Made by a program: the position numbers and the translations under genes
Origin: Pelomyxa schiedti
Taxonomy: Eukaryota > Protista > Evosea
NCBI GenBank assembly: GCA_020536535.1
Contig: JAHLWZ010000808.1
Coordinates: 62,001 to 126,000 of the forward strand
DNA length: 64,000 nt
Direction: 5' to 3'
The notes under the pieces: model-generated
The model's input: the letters and a program-made list of their open reading frames with translations, nothing else
Told to the model about the DNA's origin: nothing
Databases searched by the model: none
In this document: piece after piece, positions 40,836 through 54,000 of the stretch
Numbering within the stretch: position 1 is the first letter of the stretch
How the letters are laid out: each line of letters starts with the position of its first letter

Positions 40836-43800
40836 TTAGTACAGAGACCTACCACAGTTGTAGCAGTGTGTTGCCTTTGTGGATCCTTGCAAGTTAGAGG
40901 TACCACAGTGCGAGCATTTTTCGCTGTCGCCTATGAATTCCGAGGGTAATTCTATGGGTTCATGGGTTACACTGATACTTGTTTCGGTTGTTGTGTTGTT
41001 GCTTGCTGATTCGGATGTTGTTGATGTTACTGCCATGGGTTCAGTTGAGCCTGTTGTTGCAGTTCCGGTTTCAGTAGTAGTTGCGGTTTCAGTTGCGGTT
41101 GCAGTTGTGGTTTCAGTTGCACTTGCAATTTCTGCTGTGTCTGAGTTTGTATTTGTTGAGAGAACTTGATGGTCATCATCCATTGAATTATGTGGTTCTA
41201 TGGTCACAGTGGTTGTTTCACTGAGCGGAGTGATAGATTCCACGGTTTTGATGGGTGGGGCAGCTGAACTTTGTGTATCGGTGCAGGTAACGCTCTTATC
41301 TGGTGTTGCTGTTGTCGGTGAAGGGGTTAATGTGGAATTCAGTTCTGAATAGGCAGTTTCAAGGGTGCTGGGTGATGTAGTGATGACGCCATCTTGTTTT
41401 GGGCTAATGCTATTGGAAGTCGTAGCTGAGCTATCTGCTGTGGGAGCCTTGGATGAACTGAGAGTAGACTCCGATAATCCAGTTCCTCAGAATAAAGTTA
41501 GAAATTCATGGGAACCCCATAAAGCATTACCTTCAAATGCTATTTGTTTCTTTTTATGTGGGGGAGCTGATTTGCTACTGGATGAGTCTTCCTGAGGCTC
41601 ACAGTCTTCCACCTATATGTTGTGGGTCTTAAAATTAACAAAAAAAAAAAAGCAAGTTAACTTGAATGGTGCAACGAGGGGTAACAAGGAACTCCCCCAG
41701 GGACTTTGCGTCATTATCTAGTGCATGTAGAATGCGTTTTTCATCTTCAAACTTGAGAACTTGGTTCTGAGGAGGTATTTCCTTTTTGAATGTTACTGAC
41801 AGTGCTACTTAATATACGCAGTATACCATAGCTTCAAGAACCAATAACTTTAAGTCACTGACGGTTGTAGAGCTGCTGATCTTAACATATGCACCTATTT
41901 TAACATTACCCTAGTGCCTACTTGAAAGATAAATACTTGAGTAACCAACGAAAGAATTGTACCACCCCATGAGTCGGCTACGGGAAACTGTGCACACAGT
42001 GTTAAAAAGTTTTGGAATTACAAATAAGTCTTACTTCTCTTAACCAGAACATCTTGACATGAAAATTGAGCCCGTTCAATTTCTTTTATCGTCTGGTAAT
42101 TGGTTGCACATGGTAGACAAACTTCGGGTGTACTAGTGTATTCAAGGAGGTCCGGCTCGAATGAATGAATATTCAATGGAGGGGTTTGATTAAACTCTTG
42201 ACAGGTAAAACTAATGGCTGTTCCTTTTTGTCCATATCTGAGTAGTAAAGGGTAATGCAAATCAAAGTAATGAATGTAAAAACTTGGTGCTCAATCTCAT
42301 AAAGGCCTCATTTGATATGAGCTGGAAAGGTGAACATGCTGTATAGTTGGAGATGTTTTTCATATCCCAGAATACAAATTTCGGTATGTTCATTGTAACC
42401 TTTCCATGTGGGCAGAGGAGGCAAGTAAAATCAAGAGGACCAGGCCTGTTTTCCCATGTTATTGAGACATTTCACAAAAGGCAAGTCCTACTTTGTTGTG
42501 CTTTGACCTGTTACATAACTCCGCCATGAAACATACCACTCTGTAGGAAGTAGAGAATATCTAAGAAGGTCACTAAATAAGTACCCGAAACTCACTTACG
42601 GGACATCAAGTCGAAGGTCATTGGGGTGTTTGATCATCTCGCCAATGAGTTCTCGTTCTTTTACCTGCACCCATAAGTATTCTTGCTGGAGAAAACCCGA
42701 CCCACCAATTCTTCAGCTGTTAGCTTGTTTTCCAGTATGCACTCGGCACACTCCCCGTTAGCAATCGGAAGGGTTACAGGTTCACCTCCTTCACAAAGAT
42801 CCACAAAATACTGCCAAATCTTGGTGAAAGTATTTTGTGAGTAAGATTTTGGTTAAACGTGAAACTTACATCAAGTGGTACAGGCAAGTAAGCTGACTTG
42901 GCATTGGGTAGGAGTTTCTTGTGAGGACACAGAATATTTGCTGTTAACCCTTGCACTGGAAACCTTGCCCCAAACCGCGATTTTTTCCAGTCTTTTGTAG
43001 AATTAACAGGATCAATTCAATTTTGGCATTTACCATCAATAAACTTCTTGCTAATATAAAAACCATCACGTGGGGGTGGGCCATATTCACATCTACTTAG
43101 AGTGGCACTGAGAGCACTTTTTTTTTCTTTATATGCTTTAGAGGCCGCTTTTTTCCCTAGCCAGGCCTTTTGGAGGAGAAAATGAATTTTTTAAATAAAA
43201 AAGAAGAGAAGAAAACCTGGAGGCACTCAACACAGCACTGATCATGGGATAGCTCTGGTCCACCATTGTAGTTTGAATGCAAGAATGTCCACATATTCTG
43301 TGCATCAAGTCAGTAAGTCAGCTGTAATGCATAAACTCACTGTGGTGATACGCTTCCTGAGGGGAGCTAGGTGCTTCCCCATGCTAACCTTGTTATGCTC
43401 ACAGAGAAGAGGTTTGTTATCGATGGGGGAAATGTCTGAATGGCCATTGAGCCATGAACTAAGCCAGGGCGTTGATATCCATCTGTAGTCCCTTGTGTTA
43501 GGTGCAGCTAGCCCCTTTTTGTGGTAAGATGAGAAGTAAAGAACGGGCCATTACCTCCAGACAGGAATCCAGATTGTCCAGGCAATTTTCAATGGCTCGT
43601 TTCTCTTTCAACTCCAGTGAGGCCAATTCTTGCATTTGTGTAACCAGTGATTGATTTTCTTTGAGTACCTCAGACACAGCTTTTGTTTGATAAGTTATCT
43701 TTCATCAATGGAGAAATAGTGCTGGAGGTACCTTGGCAAAAAGGAGTCGTTGTCGTGGAAGTTTCTTTAAGATGATACAAAAGCATGTAAGGTGTTTCAT

Positions 43801-45964
43801 TTCCTATTGTGGTTTGCATTACTTCTGGGTTTTTTTTTTCCCCCCATTACACACTCAGAGAATTTTCTGGTGGGAATCCAGCACACTCTGTGATTGTTGA
43901 GTCATTACATTGCCACCAATGTGACGTCTTGCTAAAATCAAGTGAGTACTTATTAAAATATTTAAAATGTTTTAAACCTGTCTAAGAGAAAAGTGATATA
44001 ATGACCTCCTGTGTTTGTATTAGGGATAGATGTCTTGAAAAAATGCCACCTTGTGCAGATTTTCCAACATGGCAAACAACAGCAAACAACTTATAAATAG
44101 CGTGAACTGCAGCCGAATCTCCTTGTGGGAAAAGTGCTTTTGTGTCTATAAACCCAGGATACGCTATTTCGTTCATAATCTATGTAGAATACTAAGTATG
44201 CTTAACTGAGGTAAAAAAAAAACCTTCACTTCAGAACGGGACAAGGAAGAAAAAGAAAACCTCACTAGTTGCAAATTCAGAATCTAAGTACCGTGAAAAG
44301 AAAAAATGGAGTCAACTGTTGAACCTCCGGAAATCTTGTCACTCGGGCTACTCGACGAATTTGTCCCAAGTTAGGACATTTACAACGATCAAAACGGTAA
44401 TCGCTATTTGAAATTTGGTCTTTAAACTAAAAATATTAAATGCAGTTACCCTGGTATGGCTTCTTCTGAGAAGTATTCTTTGATACAATCCCCAATAGTG
44501 TTTGACTTCTAAGTAGGATTAGACATACTTATCTTTCGATTGTCTCAGTGAAATACTGTGATACAAAGCTTAATTTCAAAAAAAGGTTCTCTCTGTAAGC
44601 TGGATTCTTTGCAAACAGTACACCTCGTAACATATTCCATATCCCCTCCAAGGGAATTAGTGATCTGTTATATCAAATAAATCTCGTACCAGTAATTAAG
44701 GAGGAAATCCTCTCTTTGTCTCCAGGTGATTGAGAAAAAATTCCCTCTACAACATGGGATAGTAAGTTGTAGAACCTGTTCCCTGTGACTTCCTTTATTT
44801 AACAAACTAATCATACTCATGAGGGTCTTGCTGTATCTTTGTATCGATATTTGCTGCTTGGGCTAGAGCGCTTATTGAAATACTCTTCCGTAAAGAGAAA
44901 TGCATAGCTGCAACAATCTTCTGAAGTTCAGCACATATTTTCAGTTTTACAGGGTCGACTCCTTGGGAGTTCTTTTTACGTTGAATTTTGAGTTATTGAG
45001 TTCCAGTAAATAGACCTCAGGATTCCAGTGAAGTAACATCTGTGAGAGTGACGGGTCAGCTGAGATGCATTGCACGACTGAATTCATGTAACAAGTGGAG
45101 CCAAGATTCTGAGGGAAAATCAGGTTTAGTTGAACCACAGCTGTCGGAATACTGATAGGCCAACAAATGGCACAGAAAAAGAGATTCCATCAGGAAATTC
45201 CAGAGAAGACGCCTGCAAATGCAACCCATCTTGACAGAGAGACTGCTGTGCGTGAGAATCACATTCCATCTGCGTAGTCAGTTCCCCCGACTTTTGAGTG
45301 CCAACCACTTGTGACACGGGAGAAATTTTCACTCTCAGTGTGGACCTGAGAGCAGTACCATTCGGGTGTGATGCAGCCACCCTTTTGGATACAAGTTTAG
45401 TCATCAAGTCCTCCACCCGCTGTTGCTGTTGCTGCAGATACAGCGCCGAGCTCTCCAGCCTGGACCCAGCAAAATTTACTCCTACAGAGGCCGCAACAGA
45501 ACCCGTGCCAACACTAGAAGCCGCGGGAGAAGCTGGCGCTGCAGAAGCCAGCATGTGCCGCGCAGATAGCAACTGTTCAAGGTCTCTGTCAACCAGGCCC
45601 AAAAAGCAGTTGGGATTCGACGTGCAGTGGGGCGAAACGGCGTCCTTGACACCACTGGAAGCCGAGGAAGTGGAGCTGGAGGATGATGTGCTTGAGAAGG
45701 AGAATTGTGCACTGCCTGTCACAGACGTGCCTCCCCATGACGAGGTTTCCCAGAATGGGGTTATTGCATAGGGACTCTTTTTGCATACAGTGTCATTCAA
45801 CCTGTACAGTAAATCGAAGCCCTCCTCCTCTACAAAAAGCCACATATTCGTCAGGGAAAAGCGAAAAACGGTTTGCAAAAAGGGAGAAAAGTACTTAAGG
45901 AAAGAGGATCGGGCTTTGCGAGGTACTCTCTAACCTTGGTTTTGCGTGCCCAGTCAAACTGCAT
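40836..45964 (-). CDS. Ubiquitin-specific protease, USP48/UBP26-like (USP plus DUSP-like repeats)
   Basis: N-terminal FDWARK..HCTSNPNCFLGL resembles USP48 NCKGNPNCL. Cys box NLGSTCYMNSVVQC and His box YKLFAVVCHVGKSAQGG. Start placed at aaaaATG 45964; in-frame ATGs exist up to 46309. Confidence 0.82.
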
Positions 45965-46314
45965 TTTTAGTGGTTTCCTTGTTTTTTCGGCTTTGCCGCT
46001 ACACAGTTTTTGATCATCAAATTGGTTCTTCTCACCGAATTGGTGCTGAGTCACACTCACTGGTCCAACGCCAAGGCACCATGTGCTACCGAGTAAGCGC
46101 ATAGGATTCTCAGGTTCACAGGGGGGTTTTCTGATGGTTTTGACAGGTACCAGACAGGATCGAAAAAATAGTTCTGGACCCCAGTGGAAAAGTGCACTCC
46201 CTTTGGCCAACTGCACTTTGCAGAAAGACTCGTTGTACACATCAGGGATCCATTCCAAGAACAGAGTTTTACTAACGGACCCATTGGCAAATTGGCCTGC
46301 CATCCCCATCTAAA

Positions 46315-49008
46315 ATGCAATCAGCAACAACCCTGGACGACGAGTACTACACCCCGCAGCCCCAGTTATATTCACGCGGGGAAGAAGCGCAAGTCCCCGC
46401 CACCACCACCACTGGCCCCCTCGCCATCGACGACTGCTACTCCTGCTACGACTACTACGACGCTCCGTCCTCCTCCCCCATCACCATCACCACTACGTCG
46501 TCTTCCCCTCCCGGCTCCCGCCTGCAGCAGCAGCCTCAGCGACCTGAGGCCCCCCCTTCATCGAAAACCGAAACCACCACTACAACTACTACCACAACTA
46601 CGGTCTCATGGTCGCGGGAGGGCGAAAGTGCCGAGGGCGGGGAAGTGAATGTGAATTATGGTTGCTGCGGGGATGACAAGGAGAAGGCGGATGGGGGCTC
46701 GTCGCCTCTGTGTGCTGTGAATTCCTTCACTACCACTAACAACACCACCAACACCACCAACACCACCACCACCAACAACAACAACAACAACAACAACAAT
46801 GTGCACCACAACTACTACAACATTTACATCCAAGCTTCTTCTTCTTCGACTTCACAACCACCATCTCCTGGGGAGAAGGAAGCCAGCGCTATCGGCAAGG
46901 TAGTTTCTGGTCATGTTGATGTGGATATCCCACCTCCGGACATGCCCCCACCAACAACACCACCTGTCAATGTTGATAAGCGCATTGAGGCTAATACAAA
47001 TTCGGAACCTGTACTTACACCGGAGGACCACAAGCGTTTTTCCATTGGCGAGGAGCTTATTTCTTCAGAAAGGCAATTTATTGCATTAATGGAAGATGGC
47101 ACAAGGGTGAGCACTCTTTCTTTTTCCCGTTTGAAAGTCATTCATTGCAAGTTCTAGGCACTGTTGCAATACCTCCTAACCCCTGAGGCATCAAAAGACT
47201 CGGATTTTGCTGACAAAAAGCTTATGCTTAGAGACCTCGAGAAGTTAATAGAGATTCACAAAGAGTATCACTTCTACCTTTCCACCTTAGTTTTTGTAAC
47301 AAAAATGGGTGCAGATTCTTGAATGTATTAGGGCCACATCGAAACATTGGAGAGAGAATACTACAACAACTCGCTTCCTGGAAGTCGTTGTACTCGGTCT
47401 ATGTGACAAGAAAAATGGTTCAACAAATGGAACTCAATCTGGAAGAAATGTTGGTAACTTGATTGCCTTCACCAATAAACTACTAATATCCCTCCCTTAG
47501 AGTAATACTAGCTCCGAACCTGAAGATAATTTTCTTCAAGAACCTTTCAACCAAATCTACAAAAGTACTTGCCTCCCAATATAAGAGAAACATTAACAAC
47601 AGTTTCGCAGTTATTAGCTTGTTCAAAAGAATCGCTGATGCAACACCTGCTTCCCACATGGATCACACCAACACCACTGATGTAATCACTCAATTCCAAG
47701 AAATTGGTGACTACGTTGTAGCGTACCGTATACTTGGCAAAATTAAGAACTACAAGGGCCCTACTATTGCATCTCCTACCTCAGTTCAATCTCTTGTCCG
47801 CCATGGCCCTGCCATTGTAGACAGTTCGAACAGGTCACTTTTAAAGTAAATGGTCTCCTACTTAATGTCACTAGATATTTGTGGTTATTCACTGGCACAC
47901 TTGTTCTGACAAAATTCGTGAAGACAAATACAAAACAGCCTTACAAGTACAAACAAGCTGTAGAACTTTTCCGATGTGCTGTGGATCTCCTTTCTACACC
48001 CAAAGGGAATGCATTTCGGATCACTAGTCCCGCTTGCCGTGGGACAATTGAGGTATCATCCAACAGAGACGACTGGGTGTTAGACATTAAGCGCCTAGTG
48101 GCTGCGTCTTTGGCTGATCAACTAAACGAAGCTGGGAAATCCGCAAGTGCAAACAAGTCTGTCGTTCAGAGACAACGCGAAGCGTTTTTGAAAAATGAGG
48201 TAAAGAGAAAGGAAGTAATGACCAAGATTTCTCTGGGAGAAACTGAATATCTTGTTACTCTTCACGACCTTCAAGAAGTCAGCAATGCATAACAAATACA
48301 ACCGACTTACCCTCCTTAGGCACTCCAGTCTGTCAATGAGAAACTGTTACTCTCAGATGATGTCAATAGAAAGCAGGCCAAGCCTTTCCATGTACTTTAC
48401 AATGATATAGCAGATATGATCAAGTTTCATGAAGGGTAAGAAAAATTTCTCCCAATAAAATGCCTCACTCCTGCTCAAGATTGCACACGCTGTTGACGCG
48501 AAGAGTTGCAGAGTGGGACACTAGGTCCACTGTCTCTGATATTTTCACTGATCAGGCAAACAAGATTCTCTAATTGTTACCGTACTTACATCTGCCCAGT
48601 TGCCAGCACTTCGAAAGAAATATGTCAGTTACACAAAGAAGCACAGCGAGAAGCTTAAAACGGCAGAGGATTTCATCCGCGGGCACCCGGACCTCTTCAA
48701 CAAGATTTCCGTATCTCGTTCACTGCAATCTTTCGCCACCTACTAACTCCACCATCCAACCATTCCTCTTTGTTTGGCAACAGGGCGAATCCCCCGAAGT
48801 ACTCCGGCAGCTCCTGTCGGCTCCCCTGTTCCGAATCTCGCAGTATTGCGCGCTGTGCCAAGAGCTTCTCGAGTGCACCAACTGCGGCCACTTTGACCAC
48901 GACCGCACCAGCCAATTGGTGCGCAAGATGGAGGAGCTATCCAGCACTGTATCGACTGCGTACGCCGCTGCAACTACGGCGAAAACTTCACCCTCCCACC
49001 GCTCCTGA
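46315..49008 (+). CDS. RhoGEF with two DH domains separated by a PH-like region
   Basis: DH1 start RFSIGEELISSERQFIALM, DH2 start RKEVMTKISLGETEYLVTLHDL and DH2 end LLSAPLFRISQYCALCQELL..HFDH. The N-terminus is Asn/Thr/Pro-rich. Confidence 0.8.
46738..46800 (+). repeat. Coding (AAC/ACC)n repeat (poly-Thr/Asn)
   Basis: aacaacaccaccaacaccaccaacaccaccaccaccaacaacaacaacaacaacaacaacaat. Confidence 0.85.
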
Positions 49009-49191
49009 GACTGTCACAGCCACACAACAAACTCTCATTGTGAATTCACCCACCCACACCGTGTACACGTAACAAGAGATATCTCGTTTTCCCAGGGACC
49101 CAGGTGGTTTTTCCATAACACTAAAACACAGCCGTCCCTGCGCGTTTCAAAGAATAACGGTTGAAAGGTGACAAGACAAAAAGTGGTGGGG

Positions 49192-50903
49192 TCAGTCTTC
49201 CTCGTCTGGAGTATGTACAAGGGGGAAACATTTGGTGAGTTGGTGCAGGATTACTTCGAATGTCGGTCTTGTGGCCGGATCTGGGGCCCAGCACTTTGGG
49301 ATGAGCTCGATGGCCTTGCCGCAAACTCCTGGGGGAGCGACGATCTCGGGTCTCTCGCCGTTCAGTAACTTCCGCGTGACTTCAAAGTGGTTCGTGACTT
49401 CTTGGAATGGCGTTTGGCCGGTCACCATCTGGTAAAGCATGACGCCGAAGCTAGGGTATTTTGGGAATATTTGTTTTTTCATTGTGCATTAGCATTGCGT
49501 TGAACTAAAGAAAGGAAGTTTACCTGTAAACGTCAGCTTTTAGGTCGTAGTCAGTGCCTGTAACGACTTCGGGAGCCATGTAGGTTGGAGTGCCTGTTGC
49601 TATGGTCATCTTTTGGCGAGCAGATGAAGATATTGTCTTGGCCAGGCCAAAGTCGCACAGCTTTACAAGAAGTGGGTCTAACTCAGATACAAGTACATTT
49701 TGAGGTTTAATGTCCCTAACGCTCTGTTTAGACAATGGAAAAAAGGGAAGAAGCTGTACCTATGTATTACACCTTTGCTATGCAGGAACGCTATGCCCTT
49801 TGCCATGCAAATTGCAGCGTGCGCTATTTCTGCAGGTGTCAGTCTTCTTGCATCCAGTAGAGACGCGAGGCTTCCGTATTGAACAAATTCACTCACAATG
49901 CAAAAAGGGTCTCCCTCCGTTTCCGGAATAATAACTCCATATGTTGTAACGATGTTCTTGTAGAAGGTCAGTGAGAAAAAGCTGCCCAAAGGGGGAAAAT
50001 TAACTGGGTGATTTCCAAGGGAAGCAATTCCCTTTATTTCTGTCTCAAATTCAGTAGTAGTCATTGGGTAAAACTGCTTCACAGCGACAGTTGTCCCTCT
50101 CCAGGATCCCTTTGACACTCTTCCTGTAGCACCTGCCCCTGAAATGAGAGTAAGAGAGTACCTTCCAGAGAACAATAGCGTTGGTTACCGATTACATCAC
50201 CAAATGTGACTTCTTCTCTGGCAATAAAATTGAACACAAATGAAATCGACTGTGCCCGGATGAAAGATGGATGCTTGCTCAAATGAGTTGACCCTCTTAC
50301 AACAGGAGAGGTAAACAATGACAATATTGCAGGATTTTCCGTCAGATCAAGAGGAGACTCGCCAGACTTGTTCGGTACCGTCGGATCTAAGAATAACGGT
50401 TTGGCCTTTTCCCCAAAAATGCCTCTCACACACACAGAACACATACACAGAACACGCACCCGCACGCACACGCACACGCACATACCAGCGCCATATTGCT
50501 TGAGTTGCTTGACAACTTCCAGGTGGCCCTGGGCACAAGCAAAGTGCATAGCCGTGAACCCGTTCTTATTTACAGCGGCCACGTCGGCGCCGGCCTGGAT
50601 AAGCAGGGCCACCGACTGCGCGTTGCCCCCCTTGGACGCGTAGTGCAGCGGCGTCTCCTGCGTGTTGGTGTTCCTGCAGTTGGCGTCCACGAACTCGCGG
50701 CCGTGCATCAGCAGCAGCTCCAGGGCCTGCGGGTGCGGCCCCCACGCCGCCACGTGGAGCAGGGACCACGGCTCCCCGGGGTCCTGGCGCACCAGGTCGG
50801 GGAAGTGCTTGAGCAGCCTCTTGAGCTCCTCGATGTTGCCGTGCTCCGCTGCCTCGAAGGCCTTGGACTTGGCTTTCGCTCTCGCCGACGCACTGGCTCC
50901 CAT
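49192..50903 (-). CDS. Ankyrin-repeat tyrosine-kinase-like (TKL) protein kinase with N-terminal MG (possible myristoylation)
   Basis: MGASASA start. Ankyrin repeats SLLHVAAWG, TPLHYASKGG and TAMHFACAQG. Kinase motifs IGAGATGRVSKG, VAVK, HRDIKPQN, DFG and GTPTYMAPE. Confidence 0.9.
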
Positions 50904-51086
50904 TATTTTGTTCTTGTGTGGTGGCGGGTGCAACAAGCCAAAGCGTCTGTTTGGTTATTGATCAAAAAAAAATGTGTTTTTTGTTTGTCTTGGTGGCAGG
51001 TAGGTAGAGAGAAAGTACATGGTGATGTTGGTGAATGGCCTTTATTGGAAACCACTCGTAAGGAGGTTTTTTTGAGGGTTGAGGAA

Positions 51087-54000
51087 TCAGCAAGATACTG
51101 TGAGCCTGACAAGGAGGAGGCTTCGGCTTACCTTTTGGGCTGGTTTGACAAGAACTTCGGACACCATATAGGAGCAATCAAGCTTCCCTGGTACGGGTGG
51201 GCAGTAGAGTGGAACAGACATCTTCATGGCAGCTAAGGTGAGGAGTACATCACCCGGAATTACTTTCTGGCCAACGGTGACAGAGATGGATTCAATGTGG
51301 CCGGATATGGGCGCCCTGATTTCACCCGGAGCGCATACAACGGGCGCGGAACTCTCTGACTTTTCTTTGGTGCTTGTGCTGGAGTTATCATTTGCGGCGC
51401 CGACGCAGTGAACTGGTGCCGAGTCATCCAGGAAGTGCAGGGTTCTAGTTTTCTGTAAACTAACGGGCTCGATGCGCTGTAGTTGTATTGTAGTAACACT
51501 GAGGGAATCGGCGCCGGGGGGAGGCATCGAGTCGGCGGCGGGTGGAGTCATTCCCTCCGTACAATGATTTTCGGCAAGAAGTGAGTAGTTGTGAAGAGTT
51601 GTTGAGCCGCCGATGGACATGCCAGTAAAGAAAACACGGGAAGTGAGGCCTCGTGTCAGGGTGCCATATTCTTTTGTGAATTCGGCGTTCTTACCCAGAT
51701 AGGCACGAGGGAACAATGCACAAGCCAACAGGCTTTCGATTGGTACAGGATCTGAAGTGCCATACGCAGACTGTATTTTGGCGGTCAGTTCTTCGAAATT
51801 TGCATCAACTGGAACTTGGTTGCGTTTCGTTGCAGGATCAGTCTGAGTTGCTGCAAGAACATTTGCGGGGAACCCATGGTGTGGAACACCCAATGCACCA
51901 TTTAGCATATCTTTAACTGATTGAGGGAGCTCCCACCGGGCTGTATCTGAAAGCAGTGCTTGCTCTGGAGTCATATTACGACTGACCATATGGACAGCAA
52001 GATCTCCAACAACTCTGCTAGAGGGAGTTACCTTGATTACACGACCAAGTGCTTCGTCAGCCAGGGCGTACGCTTCAAGAACACGCGGCATGAGGTGAGC
52101 AATGCCCAGTTGTTTGCACTGATCGCACAGATTGGTATACTGGCCTCCTGGCATTGCAAAGCGGAAAGCTGAGGTTGAGGGAATATTATGGGCGTTGTAA
52201 ATGGAGTACCACGGTGCCCGCACAACTCCCTTCCACGCGTCATCAATTGGTTCTAACCACTCTGATTCAATTTTAAGTTGCCTTGGAGCTCGTCGCATAT
52301 ATTTGAGTGCAACACAGAGGGCCGCGAGGGATGGTTGTGAAGGTGACGCCGACATACACTGAGGGGCGCATACATCAACTACTTCGCACCCGGCCTGCAC
52401 CATGGCAATTATTGTTTGCAATGCAAGACCTGAGCTATCATGTGTATGGAAATGTATAGGAAGTTGGTTATTGGTCGCTTCACGCAAGGCATTCAAAAGA
52501 GGGAGAGCATGAGATGGCTTAACCATTCCAGCCATATCTTTTATGGCAAGAATATGAGCTCCAGCTGCAACAATTTGTTTAGCTACGGACTTGTAATAAT
52601 CAAGTGTGTAAATCGTTTCTTTCTCACTTTCAAAATCTCCGGTAAAGCAGATGGCCATTTCGACAATCTTACCACAAGCAGAAGCTGCCTTGGCAACCTC
52701 TGTCATACGACTTACGTCATTGAAACAGTCGAATATGCGGAACACATCAATTCCACTTTGTGCAGCAGTTTTGACAAACTGATGTACAACATTTCTGGAC
52801 TGACGAGCAGAGGCAACGATATTTTCTCCACGAATTAGCATCTGTAGTGCTACAGTCTTGGGAAGTGTCGCTCTAATAAGACGTAGTCGCTCCCAGGGGT
52901 CTTCACTTAGGAATTCTAGGCAAGATTCGAATGTTGCACCACCCCACATTTCAGCAGAGAAGAAAGAGGAGCTCTTTGAGAGTGGAGAGGAAGCCATTAC
53001 TTGACATATTGCCAGCAGGTCTCGAGTTCTCACACGGGTTGCAAGCAAACTCTGCTGCCCGTCTCTCATTGCAGTATCGGTAACAAAGACTTGTCTCTTT
53101 CCCTTCTCTAGTAGCCATTGTGAAACTGCTTTTGGACCATAAGCGTCCAAGATAGTTTTCATTGATGATGTATCGTCCGATTTCGTGAAATCGGGGCACA
53201 CTACAGACTCAGATGCCCGTGGTGTGCTTGCTCCGAAATTAAACTGTGGTACAATCAATTCAAGTGCCTCTACTTGAGTTGCTGAATCCCCCATAGCAGC
53301 CCATTGGTCCTTTCGTTGACCAAGAGTCGTATTTGTTATGTACTTGATATATGGTTGAGCTGGGTAAATTTTCGGCACGGGCCTGCTGAAAATAGGGGGA
53401 ATAGACTTGCTCAAATTTGCTAGGAGTTCTTGTTTTTCCTTGGGCTTGAGTTCACGGATAGCTTGCGGGAACATGCGCCTGTATTTAGCAGATCTTCGAT
53501 CAAGTAATTCTTTGCCGTTCAAGTCAGCAAGTGATAGAAGCGACTTCAGAATAAATCTACGTATTTCATTGGCTGTCCCCCAAATATCGCCAGGGATCTC
53601 AGTGATTATATGGTCAACAAGACCTAAACTATGAAGCTTTGCTGCGTTCCAACCAAGTGAGGTGGTTATTTCATTCGCTTGAGCAGTAGTACAAGATTGC
53701 CGCCGCAAGAGTGCAACGGACTCGGGCGTCATTACACCAAGGTACCCTGAAGAGAGAATAGCTGAGTAGTCGGAGTAGCACAGACATGCTGCTCCACCAG
53801 AGCTCGCTTCAGAAATAATCACAGTGATGATGGGTACGGAGCATTTCGAAAGAGATAGAAGTAAAGCAGCCATTGATTGATACACACCCTTAGCTTCCTC
53901 AAAGAAATTTGGAACAGCACCAGGTGAGTCAACCAAAATTACAATGGGGAACTGCCACTTTGCTGCCATTCGAGCAAGGCGTCGCGCAAAGCGTAGGTCT

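Noticed and set aside
45965-46309. In-frame N-terminal extension of the USP gene up to 6 bp from the RhoGEF ATG
   Set aside because: It would leave no promoter space. USP48-like similarity starts at MQFDW, which has the A-rich start context seen in other genes here.
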